From: Eledone cirrhosa | Lineage: Eukaryota | Assembly (NCBI GenBank): GCA_964016885.1 | Contig: OZ024761.1 | Coordinates: 29,512,001 to 29,576,000, forward strand | DNA length: 64,000 nt | Reading direction: 5' to 3' | Shown: piece by piece, positions 44,098 through 56,623 of the stretch | How the letters are laid out: every line of letters begins with the position of its first letter | Position numbering within the stretch: the stretch's first letter is position 1 | Notes under the pieces: model-generated | The model's input: only the letters and a program-made list of their open reading frames with translations | Told to the model about the DNA's origin: nothing | Databases searched by the model: none | Position numbers and translations under genes: made by a program

Positions 44098-45136
44098 ACA
44101 AGACGTATGGGTACACAAGAGATGTAGCGGGATCTCAGGAAGCTTAATGAAGAATGTAGGCTTCACATGCAGCAGCTGTACTGGGACAGCAAGCAGCAAA
44201 CAGCCACAGGAAACAAGTACCAACAATCTCTGGGAGGGCTCTGTAGAGACAGTAGACAGCTTCTGCTACCTAGGTGACCGAATTAGCAGCGGAGGTGGGT
44301 GTTCAAAAAGTACAATAACTAGGTTAAGAACGGGATGGAAGAAGTTCAGGGAACTACTGCCACTGCTAGCTGCAAAAGGCTTCTCCCTCAAAATGAAAGG
44401 CAGACTGTATGATGCGTGTATCCGAACAGCAATGTTACATGGTAGTGAGACCTGGGCGCTGAAGGTGGAAGACTTACGTAGATTAGAGAGAAACGAAGCC
44501 TGCATGTTCCAATGGATGTGTAACAGTAATATACGTGAACGATAAAGCATAAATGAATTGAGAGAGAGACTGAGCATAAGAGGAATCAAATGCTGTGTGC
44601 AGGAGAGGCGGTTGCGTTGGTATGGACATGTGATGCGTATGAAGGATGACAGCTGCATAAAAAGGTGCAGAGCACTAGAAGTCAATGGAAACCGTGGAGT
44701 GGGGAGACCCAAGATGACCTGGGATGAGGTGATAAAAGCCGACCTTACCCAATTACACCTCTCAAAGGCGATGACACACGACCGTGACCTCTGACGTCAC
44801 GCAGTAATACAGAGTACCCGACCTCCCATGGGTACAAGCTGAAGCATATAGACAATATGCCCCCACACCCTCCCACTGCAAGGTGGTCGTGGAGGTGCCA
44901 TGGCAAAAAATCACCCAGCCCACACTGTAAAGTGGACGTGTAGGCGCCACGAAAAAGCACCCAGCACTCACTGTAAATGTGGTTGGTGTTATGAAGGGCA
45001 TCCAGCTGTAGAAATCAAGCCAAATCAGTTCCTGTATGAGCAAGGCATGGTCAGCCGACCAGACACAGCCCACAACAGGACAACCCGTCTAACCCATGCT
45101 AGCGTAGAAGAACGGACGTAAAACGGTGATGATGAT
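44098..45136 (+). mobile_element. RTE-clade LINE 3' part with long 3'UTR
   Basis: WVHKRCSGI..., VDSFCYLGD, GWKKFRELLP, MLHGSETW, RLRWYGHVMR and RGVGRPKMTW. One in-frame stop near 44545, and a (TGA)n tail. Confidence 0.9.
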
Positions 45137-45335
45137 GTACAATGGAGTAGATAGACAGACACACATAAATATATATATGTGTGTATGTAATTACACATAA
45201 ATATATATATGTGTGTATGTGGTTGAGAGATGTGAGAAAAGAGTACTCAATACCAAAGATGACCCTGTGATAAACAGACGAAACTCCAGAGTAACAAGAC
45301 TTACAATTTAGCCTTAATAAAATGAGTATATATAT

Positions 45336-45727
45336 TGGCTTGTCCCGCCTCAGAGTGGTACCATTCAATTCTGGGCTCCCAAACGCCACACAGTTCCAAG
45401 CTCCCGGACTGTGGTTCCGCTGTGAGAAGGGTTCGGTGCAGCCAACTGGCCTGTCCCTCCTCGTATTGGTGCCATCCAACGGGGCTCCACTGTGAGAAGG
45501 GTTCGGCATGTCCAACTGGCCTGTACGTCCTCATAACAGCGCCATCCAGTTCCACACTGTAAATGTGGTTGGTGTTAGGAAGGGTGTTCAGCTGGCCAAA
45601 TTTACAGTCCTCGTCGGAACACGGTACGGCGTGGCCTATTCTGGCCTGACTTGACTTGTCTCTTGAAGTGGACAACCCATCTAACCCATGCAAGCATGGA
45701 AAAATGGACGCTAAACGATGATGATGA
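45336..45727 (+). mobile_element. non-autonomous RTE-tailed element with internal duplication
   Basis: Two CTGTGAGAAGGGTTCGG...CCAACTGGCCTGT units, CACTGTAAATGTGGTTGGTGTTAGGAAGGG, and the tail CCCATGCAAGCATGGAAAAATGGACGCTAAACG(ATG)n. Confidence 0.7.
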
Positions 45728-46125
45728 TATATACACACATATACATATATATGTGTGTGTATGCTAAGAGAAGAGTGAAAAAACTAAGAGTGAAAGTCTT
45801 AGACCTCTGTCATTAAAAAAATTACCAATTTTTCACACACACACCCTCATTTATTCCACCACCCACCCATGCACCCTATTATTTGGGACCTGAGAGTAGA
45901 TCACCAGCACTAGTGAGGCTCTCATGTCCTTGACACAATTAAAGGGTCTTCTCAACCTTTATATATATATATAGATAGATTTTGAGTTTATGTTGGTTGT
46001 ATACCAACACCTCAGTATGCAGGCTGGAGCACTCGACGAAGTGCGCAGGTTGGTTTGGTTACTCCGGAGTAGTGTAAAATAAAGTTAAATAAAAGTCAAA
46101 TGATTAAAATTTAGCTTCGTTTATT

Positions 46126-46180
46126 ACTGCTATATATATTTCAGTGACAGCCATCTTTGGCTGTGACCTCTTCAGGCAGT
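46126..46180 (-). ncRNA. minimal type-I hammerhead ribozyme
   Basis: ACUGC-CUGAAGAG-GUCACAGCC(AAAGAU)GGCUGUCACU-GAAA-U(AUAU)A-UA-GCAGU, then AAUAAA. Confidence 0.8.
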
Positions 46181-46425
46181 TTGAATTAGTATGGTATAGA
46201 CAAGTACATATGTTGTTTAGGTGTATGATATTGTCAATACTCTGATATGCCCAGTTCCTTGTTGGGTTGTTAATTCTCTGAGGAACTGGAATCATATCTT
46301 CCAGAATCATATAATTCCAGTTCCTCAGTGAAATAACAACCCAACAAGGAACTGGGCATATCAGAGTATTGACAATATTATACACCTCAACAACATATGT
46401 ACTTGTCTATACCACACTAATTCAA

Positions 46426-46480
46426 ACTACCTGAAGAGGTCACAGCCAAAGATGGCTGTCACTGAAATATATATAGCAGT
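46426..46480 (+). ncRNA. minimal type-I hammerhead ribozyme (mirror copy)
   Basis: Same motif, with one stem I mismatch (ACUAC/GCAGU). Confidence 0.72.
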
Positions 46481-46524
46481 AATAAACAAAGCTAAATTTT
46501 AATCATTTGACTTTTATTTAACAT

Positions 46525-46561
<37 letters not shown>

Positions 46562-46813
46562 CCAAGATATTAAATAAATGGAAACTATATTTATAAAACC
46601 ATATTTATAAATATAAATATAAATATAGTTTTCATTTATTTAATATATTGAAATATTTACTCCACTAAACTGTTGAATGCTCTAAGTCAGTTATAAATAA
46701 GCATTTATGTTTGTCAGAATTCCAACAAATTAAATACAAATTCTACATATATATATATATTTATAGAATGGGAGTTACCAGTAAGACCATATTCAGCTCA
46801 GTACTCAATACTC

Positions 46814-46859
<46 letters not shown>

Positions 46860-48846
46860 AAAGTGGTGGTGGTAGTAATGGTGGGGCTAGTAGTAGCAGT
46901 AGTTGTGGAGTAGTTGGTGGTGGTGGTGTTCCCAGTACTAGTAGTAGTGGCTGTAGTAAATGCATACATGGGATATAGAAAGAGAGAGGACATGACAGAA
47001 TTGAACACACCACCCTTCCCATTCCCCCAGTATATCGAAGCCTCTTACTATTCTGACTTTCAGTTAAAAAGCCATCAAAATTAATCTATCTATCGAGATC
47101 AATGGCCAGATTATCTATCCATAACTCCCGCTATTCACCTCGTTCATTATGATTTCACCAACCCAACTTTCATATCCTTCCACTTCGTTTCGTTTCATTT
47201 AATCCAGCTTTTAATTAGATAAGATTTTACCTCCACCACCTCCACCGTCTACCACTCCTACCCATCCCCACACACCTCCGAAGAAATCCTCACCACCAAC
47301 ACCACCACTAGCCACTAGCACTATCCACCACCCACTAGCTACCACCACTAGCCACTAGCACTATCTACCACCACTACCCACCACCACACACCTCTGAAGA
47401 AATCACCACCAACATCACCACTATCCACCATCAGCTAGCCACCACCACCACCACCATCCAACACCACCACTACCCACCACCACCAACACTACACCTCTCT
47501 AAAGAAATCCTCACCACCAACAACATCAGCACCACAACCATCCACTACAACCAACCATCAAAAGCGAACACCATCCCCTGCCACCACACACCTCTGAAGA
47601 AATCACTACCACCATTCCCTGTCACCACACACCTCTGAAGAAATCGCCAACACCATCACCAACCTCATCAACACCACCAAGAGCCACCTCCATATCACCC
47701 CACCACCTGCTGGTAATATCAATCTTCACTTTAAATAGCTCCTACATATTTCTTCAGTTGACATGGTAAATTTTATTTGCTCAGCTTTTGATATTGTGTG
47801 ATTTGGAAGCGAATCTCTTCACCTTTTCTTCACACTCACACAAACACCACCATCTCCCCGCACCACTGCAATTGCACCACTACCACTGCAACCACACCTC
47901 CACCACATCAACCACACTGTCATCACCACCGCCTCAACCACACAATCACCACCACAACTGCCTCAACCACACCACAGCCACTGCAATCACACCTCCACCT
48001 CCTCAACCACATCATCACCACCACTACCACAACTGCTTCAACCACACCACCACCACCACCACCACAACTGACTCAACTATACCACCACCACCACCTCAAT
48101 CACACCACCACCACCTCAAACATACCACCACCACCTCAATCATACCACCACCACCTCAATCATACCACCACCTCCTCAATCATACGACCACCACCACCAC
48201 TATAACCACACTACAACCACTGACCGCCGCAAATTTCACCCACACAAACACATTGCTTTAATGAAGACGATGACATTAATGAAAACATTAATAATAACAT
48301 TAATAATAACAACAACAACAACAACAACAACGATGATGATGATGATGACACCGATGATAATTTCCTCAGAGCCCGACCTGTCCACTCATGTCCATCCATA
48401 TTTGTCTTTGAGGATCATATTTCTACATTCATCAATCTCACCTCATTTCCTCTCATTCAGAAGTTTAGTCCGACAACAGAGCCTGACACCCACCCCACCG
48501 CCACCTCACACCTTCCTCCCTTCCTTCCATCTTTCCTTACTAAATGGTGAGATATAGAGCAGTGGAACGAAGCAGAGGAAGTTTTAATGTGAAGGACTTA
48601 TTTATTCACTTAGCCTAACCTAACCTAGCCTAGCCTTAACCTGTTTGCCTTTTGCATAAAGTCTAAACGATGCTCTTTGACTAAAATACTTTACAAAGCA
48701 ATATGGCTTCTTCCATTTGATAGTTCAATCTGCTGGCTAGAAATAGCAGCCAATTTTCTCTCAAATTAAAAGCAGTAGTTTAAAAAAGAAAATATGGAAT
48801 CTCAGATTCATTAACTTTTAACTCTTTATTTCCTGTACTCATTTAA

Positions 48847-49054
48847 CCCTTTAGCATTTAAACCGGCTGTAACCAGCCAGAATTCTCTCATCTGTTTCTG
48901 TTCAAACCAGCTGTAACTGGCTGCTCATACTGATGTTAAGATATTGTTCACAAAATAAATAATATCAAAATCTCATAGATTCAATATGATGTGAGATAAA
49001 GCCTTTACCATGAAAATACAACAGTATATATAGAGTAATGTAAATGCTGAAGGG
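48847..49054. mobile_element. piggyBac-like MITE
   Basis: TTAA|CCCTTTAGCATTTA ... TAAATGCTGAAGGG. Homologous to 5356-5563. Confidence 0.82.
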
Positions 49055-49577
49055 TTTAAATGGGTTTGTTAATTCAAATGTTTAAAGTATCATGCTCAGA
49101 GTTGCTGAAGCATGGAACAAACTACATGCATCTATTGTTAGCTGTCGGAACATTGCATCCTTCAAAACTTCCATGCTTCCTGAAATTCGCCAACACTACA
49201 CCTGACATTCCCCCCTCCATACACACATACGCATGTATCTGTGTGTATATGATTCATGCACCTTTGATGAGTTGTAGAGCACCCAAGCACTGTATACAAT
49301 AATTTTCATTATTATTATTATTATTGTTATTCTTTGGGTCTCAGTCAACTGTTGTGGTTGTTATTTAATTGGAAAGTTTGTTCAAATGAAGAGGGTTCTT
49401 GCTGTTACCAGCAAGCATGCCTTTTGAAGTGTTCAAAAAAGGGGGGCTGGACTAATGTTTTTTAGCCATCCTTGAAAACTCTTTGAGATAGTACCTAGTA
49501 CTCCTATGACAATCAGTCTAGGAATCAAAATCACAACTTCATAATTGCGAATCCAAATATAATATATCATCATTCAT

Positions 49578-49914
49578 CATCATCATCATTCCATTTTACG
49601 TCCGCTTTTCCCTGCTTGCAAGGGTGGGACGGGAACTGATGCTGGCTTGATTTCTACAGCTGGATGCCCTTCCTAACACCAACCTCATTTACAGTGAGTG
49701 CTGGGTGCTTTTTTGCCGTGGCACCTCCATGACCACTTTGCAGTGGAATGATATGGACCTCAGTCCCTATCATCTCATTTCTACAGCTGAGTAAACTGGA
49801 GCAATGTGAAATAAAGTGTCTTGCTCAAGGAAACAACACATCACCCAGTCTGAGAATTGAACTCACAACCTTTTGATTGCAAGGCCAATGCTCTAACCAC
49901 TAAGCCATGTGCCT
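49578..49914 (-). mobile_element. SINE family B
   Basis: Reverse-complement full copy. Confidence 0.9.
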
Positions 49915-49922
49915 ATATATAT

Positions 49923-50430
49923 ATATAGAAATTACATGAATCAAAGTTCTGTTTAAACCATTTATTCGCTTACAATTGTTTCTTCCAAACCAAGGTTTGG
50001 AGTCTTCGGAGCAATTTTTCAATGATTGTTTACATACTTGACCTCCTTTCCAACACAAGGGACATACAGAAACATATGTATATATTGATGCACAGTGGGT
50101 TGACATCCATTATAATATTTAAGCATGGCAATATGCTTAAATATTATAATGGATGTCAACCCACTGTGCATCAATATATACATATGTTTCTGTATGTTTC
50201 TTGTGTTGAAAAGGAGGTCAAGTATGTAAATAATCATTGAAAAATTGCTCCGAAGACTCGGTTTGGAAGAAACAATTGTAAGCGAATAAATGGTTTAAAC
50301 AGAACTTTGATTCATGTGATTTCTATATAACTGCTCTGTAGAACAACTGATGTTATTACATTGAGCTATTTATCTTACTGGTAATAAGGTAGTAATAAAT
50401 TACTGTCTTTAACTGTTTAGGATTTAAAAT
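49923..50430 (+). mobile_element. ORF-less palindromic Penelope-like pLTR element (second family)
   Basis: Inverted arms at 49923-50126 and 50133-50329 with a 6-nt loop. The terminal extension contains TTACATTGAGCTAT, which is also in the Naiad pLTR at ~42527. Confidence 0.8.
49968..50012 (-). ncRNA. variant hammerhead (CCGAAGA core)
   Basis: GCU-CCGAAGA-CUCCAAACC(UU)GGUUUGGAA-GAAAC(AAUU)GUA-AGC-GAAUAAA. The mirror copy at 50247-50283 has an 8-nt stem II deletion. Confidence 0.6.
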
Positions 50431-50514
50431 ATATATAACTATAAAAGGTTTTAGTATATACATAACCATAAATAGTATCCTTAATACTATATATATATAT
50501 ATATATATATCCAA

Positions 50515-53500
50515 TTACATTAAGTGCAAAGCATGCTATATTTCTCCAAGCAAACCACAAAAGCGTTGAGGCCATCCCCGATGTAATAAACCTGGATGAC
50601 GTCAGCCATCTACCCGTGACTGTCAAAGGTAGGCGCCCAAGGTGTCATGGATGCGGTGACAAGACGCACCTTAAGGCATTCTGCCCCAAAATTACCAAAA
50701 CATACACGCGCCCACCCCTTCTCCCCACGCCGTACCCCGCAATTGGAGCAGACAAACAAACAAAGAACACAGTGGCAGAAGAGAAATCACCATCCCCAAC
50801 AACAAAACACCATCTCTTCCACCACCCACAAAACCAATGGACAGCATACCCCTCCCTGATATAGCCAAATCGGACAAGGAGTGCGATGAGGCCAAAGAGT
50901 GGAGAACTATTCCAACAAAAAAAAGGAAGAACTCCCTAACCTTATTCCCCCCCCCCAAAAAAAAAAGAGGAAGAAAGAACCTTAAAAAAAAAGAAAATGA
51001 AAACTACCCCACCTCCTCCACCACCATCAACAGCCACACCCCCACAATCACTTACACCATCACCACCACCACCACCACCCTTACCATCTACCCCATTGTC
51101 ACCTCCAACAACACGACAGCAAACACAGAAAACACCAACACCCAAACAGCAGACACAATACACAGCCATAGACACAGACAACACAAAGCTTTTAAATTAC
51201 ATTCAACACCACACCAACATCACAGAAACAAACTACGTACAAACCACCAAAAATTGCACACACACCCCCCCCACACACACACACACATAAAAATAATAGA
51301 AATTACATAAAAAAATTACATAACATTAAAAAAAATGTTCCCCACATCAATTGGAGACTACCGAGGGAACATCACCAAAAGAATATTCACGGATATTCTT
51401 GTGGAGAAACCCACCAATGGTCGGAGGGATGGATCACCCATCCCCTTCCTAAAGAAGAGCCACAGGTAATTTTTTTGTACCTCTCCCCTCTCACTTGTTT
51501 TCCTCCTATCCTAGCCAACATGGCTACTCTCAGAATAGGTAGCATAAATGTACGTGGCCTGGGGTCGTCTTGGAAGCAGGGGCACCTGCTGAACAATCTC
51601 AGGTCGCTAAACATAGATATGGTGGCCATCAGCGAGACCAGAATCTCCGAGGCACGGGCCTTCACACCGATCTTCGGCGGCTACGATGTGTACGCATCTC
51701 CCAGCCGTCCTGGATCGGGGGGAGGAGTTGCTGTGCTTTTTCAGAGAGGTTTGGATCTCGCTATACGGGCCATCTTCCTGGACCCAGAAGGTAAGTTGGT
51801 GGTGCTGGACGTGACCAGTGGAGACGGGCAAGCTTTCAGGCTGTGTGGTTGACTTAGATAGGCTTCATAGACAAGGACCCGGCTACTGGAAGCTAAACGC
51901 TCATTACCAGTGCGCAAGGCCTACAGAGACCAGATTAGCGAATTAGTTAAGCGGGCGTTGACAGGGGCCATCGTCAACAACAAGTGGTGGTTTGCTCTGA
52001 AAAGAGTGATTAGGTTTAGCAATAGAGAAAAGGCTTTAGCAATAGAGAAAAATAGCGCAGAGGTAGAACTAGTTAGAAAATTAGATGAGGTGCTTAGCAA
52101 AGGCATCGCGACCGACGTACTTGCGGAGAAATTGGCCCTTGACCAGTTCTTCAATACAAAGCACGAAGGCTGCGTTGTCAGAGCTAGAGTGCATGCTCTC
52201 AGACACGAGGGGACGAAAGCCGTTCAATGGGCCCGAGTAGCGGAGGCGCGTCGTGGCAACAAAGCCACGATCCGGTCTTTGGTGCACCACGACAGGTGCA
52301 TGCTACTCGATCCCGGGCAAATGTGTGAAGCTTTTCAGCGACACTTCGCACAGCTGTTCGGGGGCAGCGGCAGGCTGGATCGAGGGATGGACTTTAGTGT
52401 CTACCTCGACGGACTGCCGCGGCTCTCGGCCACTGAGGCGGAGTGTTGCGAAAAGCCGATAACAGCCGCTGAAGTACGGGAGGCAATGACTGGCTGCACA
52501 AGGGGTAAATCGCCTGGTTTGGATGGTCTGCCCTATGAACTTTACGTACAGATGCCAGACTTGTTCGGAGGCCTCTTGGCGGACGTCTACTGCAACTGAC
52601 AACAGTCCGGGAGAATTCCCAGCTCTGTGAGCCAAGGAGCTGTGGTGCTGCTGAGAAAGGATCCGAACAAGAGGGATAACATAGATAATTTCAGGCCCAT
52701 AACTCTGCTAAACACAGAGTTCAAGATTTTGGCCAAGGTGCTAGCAAAGAGGTTGGCGCTTGTTGTTGGTGGTCTGGTGGGAGAGGCACAGACATGCGCC
52801 ATTCCCGACAGATCCATCCACGACAACCTCTACCTCATGCGATACATCGTAGAGAGGGTAGCTAGGGAACCTGGCACGGGTGGGTCCTTGATCAATTTAG
52901 ATCAGTCGAAAGCTTTCGATAGGGTCGACCATCGTTACCTAGCAGCAGTCCTGAGGGCGGCTGGCTTTGGGCCCGTCTTCAGAGGCTGGATCGCTGCCAT
53001 GCACAGCGACATCTGCTCTGTGGTGAGAGTGAACAGCCACCTTTTGGAACCGTTCAAGGATGTCCCCTCTCGTCCCTCTTGTACGTATTGACTCGCGAGC
53101 CATTACTGCACAAACTGGAGACGTTGAGGGGGGTCCTGCGTGAACTAGGGTGTGGAAGATTCGTATCAGCATATGCGGACGATGTCACTGTAGTGGTGTT
53201 GAACGCCAAACACATCGAGGCGATCGGCACTACACTAGGAGAATACGAAGCGCTGACAGAAGCAATGATCAACCAGGAAAAGTCAGTGGGCCTGCAGCTC
53301 GGCACCTGGAGAGGCAGGTCCATGCCGTCCAACGGCGTCATCAGGCGCTGGACGGACGGCCCAGTTAAATTGCTAAGGGTCTGGTTCGGTCCGGACTTCC
53401 AGACGGACAAAAACTGGGACAAGGTGACGAGCAGGGTGGCTTCTCTCACCCAGAAATGGGCGGAGAGAAAGCTATCCCTGAAAGGTCGAGTGGAGGTGGC

Positions 53501-54792
53501 TAACGCGTACATCGCGTCCATCATCTACTACCGCCTGACCGTGGTGCCTTGTCCTAAGCCTCGCCTGACTGCGCTGGAGCGTTTCCTCTTTCGCTTTTTG
53601 TGGAAGGGACGCGCTCCGATGGTGGGTGGTCCATCTGCTGTCAACACCCGCTATGTGGAGGGCTAGGCATGCCGTGGCTGATGATGCGCAGACACGCGCT
53701 CAGGCTACGACATCTCCACCCCTTCCTCGACGGTGATCAGGTGTGGTCGCCGTTTGCTAGACGCGTCTTTCCCCAGCTCATCTCCTTGACGAAGCTGCAG
53801 TCCGGGGTCAAGCGAAGACCGAGAGGGAGCGCTTGGAGACTTGAATGTCTTCAAGCGCTCACAGCCCTTGACCAATCGGGCAATGTGATCGGTGGAAACT
53901 CCACTTTGGCGTTCTATAGAGGATTAGTGGAGGGGAAGAGTGACGTACTTGGGGAAACTCTAGGCGTCGACGAAAATCAACTAGCCAATCTCTTTGGAAG
54001 AACTTTCGGGCCAGGGCCTATGGACAACTTCCAGAAATCCCTGGCCTGGCAGTGCTACCGAGGAGCTTTGCCAGTTTGGGATAAACTCTACAGACATAGA
54101 GGTGCCGTCAGCCAGGCATGTCCGAGATGCGCGCAGGGCGACGAAACCGTCCTGCATGCACTCGTCCAGTGTCCGAGCATTGCTGACTTGTGGGTTTATG
54201 TCGAACACCTGCTGTCGCGTGTAGAACGGATCCGATTATCAGCTGAGTCCATCGTGAGGAATGCCCTGCCCTCTTCCTTTAGCCTTTAAGGGCAGGCAGT
54301 TTTTATCTGTCCGGTGGCCATGGCGAAAGAGATAGTATGGTGGACACGTCTGAAAGGGCTGAAGACGAGCACTTACCTCTTTGGTGATGCCCTGATTAAC
54401 TTTTTCAAATTTCATTTGAAAAGGAAAATCAGGGTAGAGAGGGAGGTGCTCTCTTCCCAGCATTTTGTTGAAAGATTGGTGAGAGAGGCAAGAATGGCCC
54501 GAGTGAGTGGACCTATTCTGAGTATATGCCTGTAAATTGAAGGTGGAAAACTAGAAGAGGACACTTGCCCTGGTGGTAAGGGTCACCGTGGCTTTTTTTA
54601 ATGGGCTTTCACCACGATGGCCCTCAGAAGTCTCCCCCCTATTGGGGAATTTTTCATTGTTCTTTTATTACATCCTCTGTTTTTTTTTGTTTTTTTTTAC
54701 ACGCAGAAATGCCCATTTGTACCGTCCTGTATTGTCCTGTATTGTCCTTAATGTCTATTTTGTGTAAACCCTTGTGGTTAATAAAGAAAGCA
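50515..54792 (+). mobile_element. L1/Tx1-type non-LTR retrotransposon, 5'-truncated and decayed
   Basis: ORF1 zinc knuckle CHGCGDKTHLKAFC. ORF2 has APE (MATLRIGSINVRGL, DMVAISET), RT (KSPGLDGLPYE, FRPITLLN, LDQSKAFDRVDH, AYADDV) and a C-terminal CPRC..ETVLHALVQC. Stops, frameshifts, an EN deletion near 51845, and AATAAA at 54780. Confidence 0.93.
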
Positions 54793-54823
<31 letters not shown>

Positions 54824-54825
54824 TA

Positions 54826-54918
54826 TTAACTTTGCCTTTCATCCTTACAGGGTCAATAAAATAAAATACTAGTAATGCACTGGGATAATTGTTGGCCTTT
54901 GCCAAAAGTAGAAACAAT
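54826..54918 (+). mobile_element. SINE family A 3' half
   Basis: TTAACTTTGCCTTTCATCCTTACAGGGTCAATAAA...GCCAAAAGTAGAAACA(ATT)n. Confidence 0.8.
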
Positions 54919-55400
54919 TATTATTATTATCATTGTCACAATCTGCCCTTTTGTACATAGGGAGAGAGTGAGAAGCACTTTCTGCACTCATTCCACTGCA
55001 TTGCACAACTGTCTCCAATCATTCTTCACAAATACAAATCTTTTGCTGCTAACATGGCACAGAAGAGGAGTGAGGTGGCGGGACCATACTGGGCAGTGGG
55101 TACGAACAGATAGACAGATAGAGGAAGAGAGAAAGAGTAAGAGATGGTGAGAGGGGGAGGGACAAAGCGGAAACAGAAAATATGTAAAATATAAAGAAGA
55201 ATGAAAATGGTAATATATGAGTGTGTGTGTGTATATATATATACACAAAGAGAGAGAGAGAGAGGCCCCAAGAATGAAATAAAAAAGAAAATATATTTCT
55301 TTGAAGATGTTTTGTGATGATTATATATTCTCCCTGTCATGTAATCTCATATATATATACACACACACACTTATATATATATAAACACACACCCATATCA

Positions 55401-55435
<35 letters not shown>

Positions 55436-55759
55436 CATATATATATACATATATATACATACATATATATACATATATATACATATATATACATATACAT
55501 ATATATATATATACATATATATACATATATATACATATACATCATCATCATCATCATCATCGTTTAACGTCTATCTTCCTCGCTAGCATGGGTTTAGATA
55601 TATATACATATATATATAGATATATATACATATATATATACATAAATATATATACATATATGTATAAATATACATATATATATATACACATATATATACA
55701 TATATATACACATATATACACACATATATATATATACATACACATATATATATATACAT

Positions 55760-55814
<55 letters not shown>

Positions 55815-56146
55815 AACTTTATGAGGGTTATTTAAGACTTCCAAAGCAAAAAGAAAAAAAAAAGAAAGATGACGAAAGTGTCTTTGTTGTTGTTATTGTC
55901 ATCTCATAGTTTTCTTCTCCTTTCTAGATACTTCCATTCCTGTCCCCCACCCCACCAGATGACATCACCCACCCCCTCTATTTCAGGATGTGAGAATTTA
56001 GCATTGTTTAAGAAACGAATAACAACATTCCTGTTACATTCTACACTTTTGTTTACCATAGAAGTTTCTGTTGTATATGGCAATGAAACATATGTAAATG
56101 CTAGAAATAAATCCTACTGCACTGCTTATCTGAATAACACTTTATT

Positions 56147-56240
<94 letters not shown>

Positions 56241-56370
56241 ATGTAGGAGGTGAGTTTTATTGTAGTACAATAAAGCAATGCAGATATCGGATAAGAAGCA
56301 CTCTACAGTTTGTCAGACTGGAGTATACATAATATATAAGAACAAAAGATGGTTAAAAGAGTTCCATGTA

Positions 56371-56437
56371 TTTTATTATGCGCATTTCAAAAACAAATAT
56401 CATCATGCAATAATATTTGTGTTTTCATCAGATAAAA
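56371..56437 (-). ncRNA. minimal type-I hammerhead ribozyme
   Basis: UUUUAU-CUGAUGA-AAACACAAAUAUUAU...AUAUUUGUUUUU-GAAA-U(GCGC)A-UA-AUAAAA, with a palindromic stem III loop. Confidence 0.85.
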
Positions 56438-56556
56438 TAGGAAGACATGATATGAAGGTTAAAAAACACTTGTGAATAGTGCAGTTTTAAATCAACATAT
56501 ATATATATATATATATAATATATAAGAACAAAAGATGGTTAAAAGAGTTCCATGTA

Positions 56557-56623
56557 TTTTATTATGCGCATTTCAAAAACAAATATCATCATGCAATAAT
56601 ATTTGTGTTTTCATCAGATAAAA
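56557..56623 (-). ncRNA. minimal type-I hammerhead ribozyme (tandem copy)
   Basis: Identical motif 186 nt from the first. Confidence 0.85.

Larger units (their letters stand above)
45978..46531 (-). mobile_element. ORF-less palindromic Penelope-like pLTR element
   Basis: Inverted arms at 46075-46297 and 46309-46531, with an extra terminal segment 45978-46074 on one side. (TA)n flanks. Confidence 0.8.
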
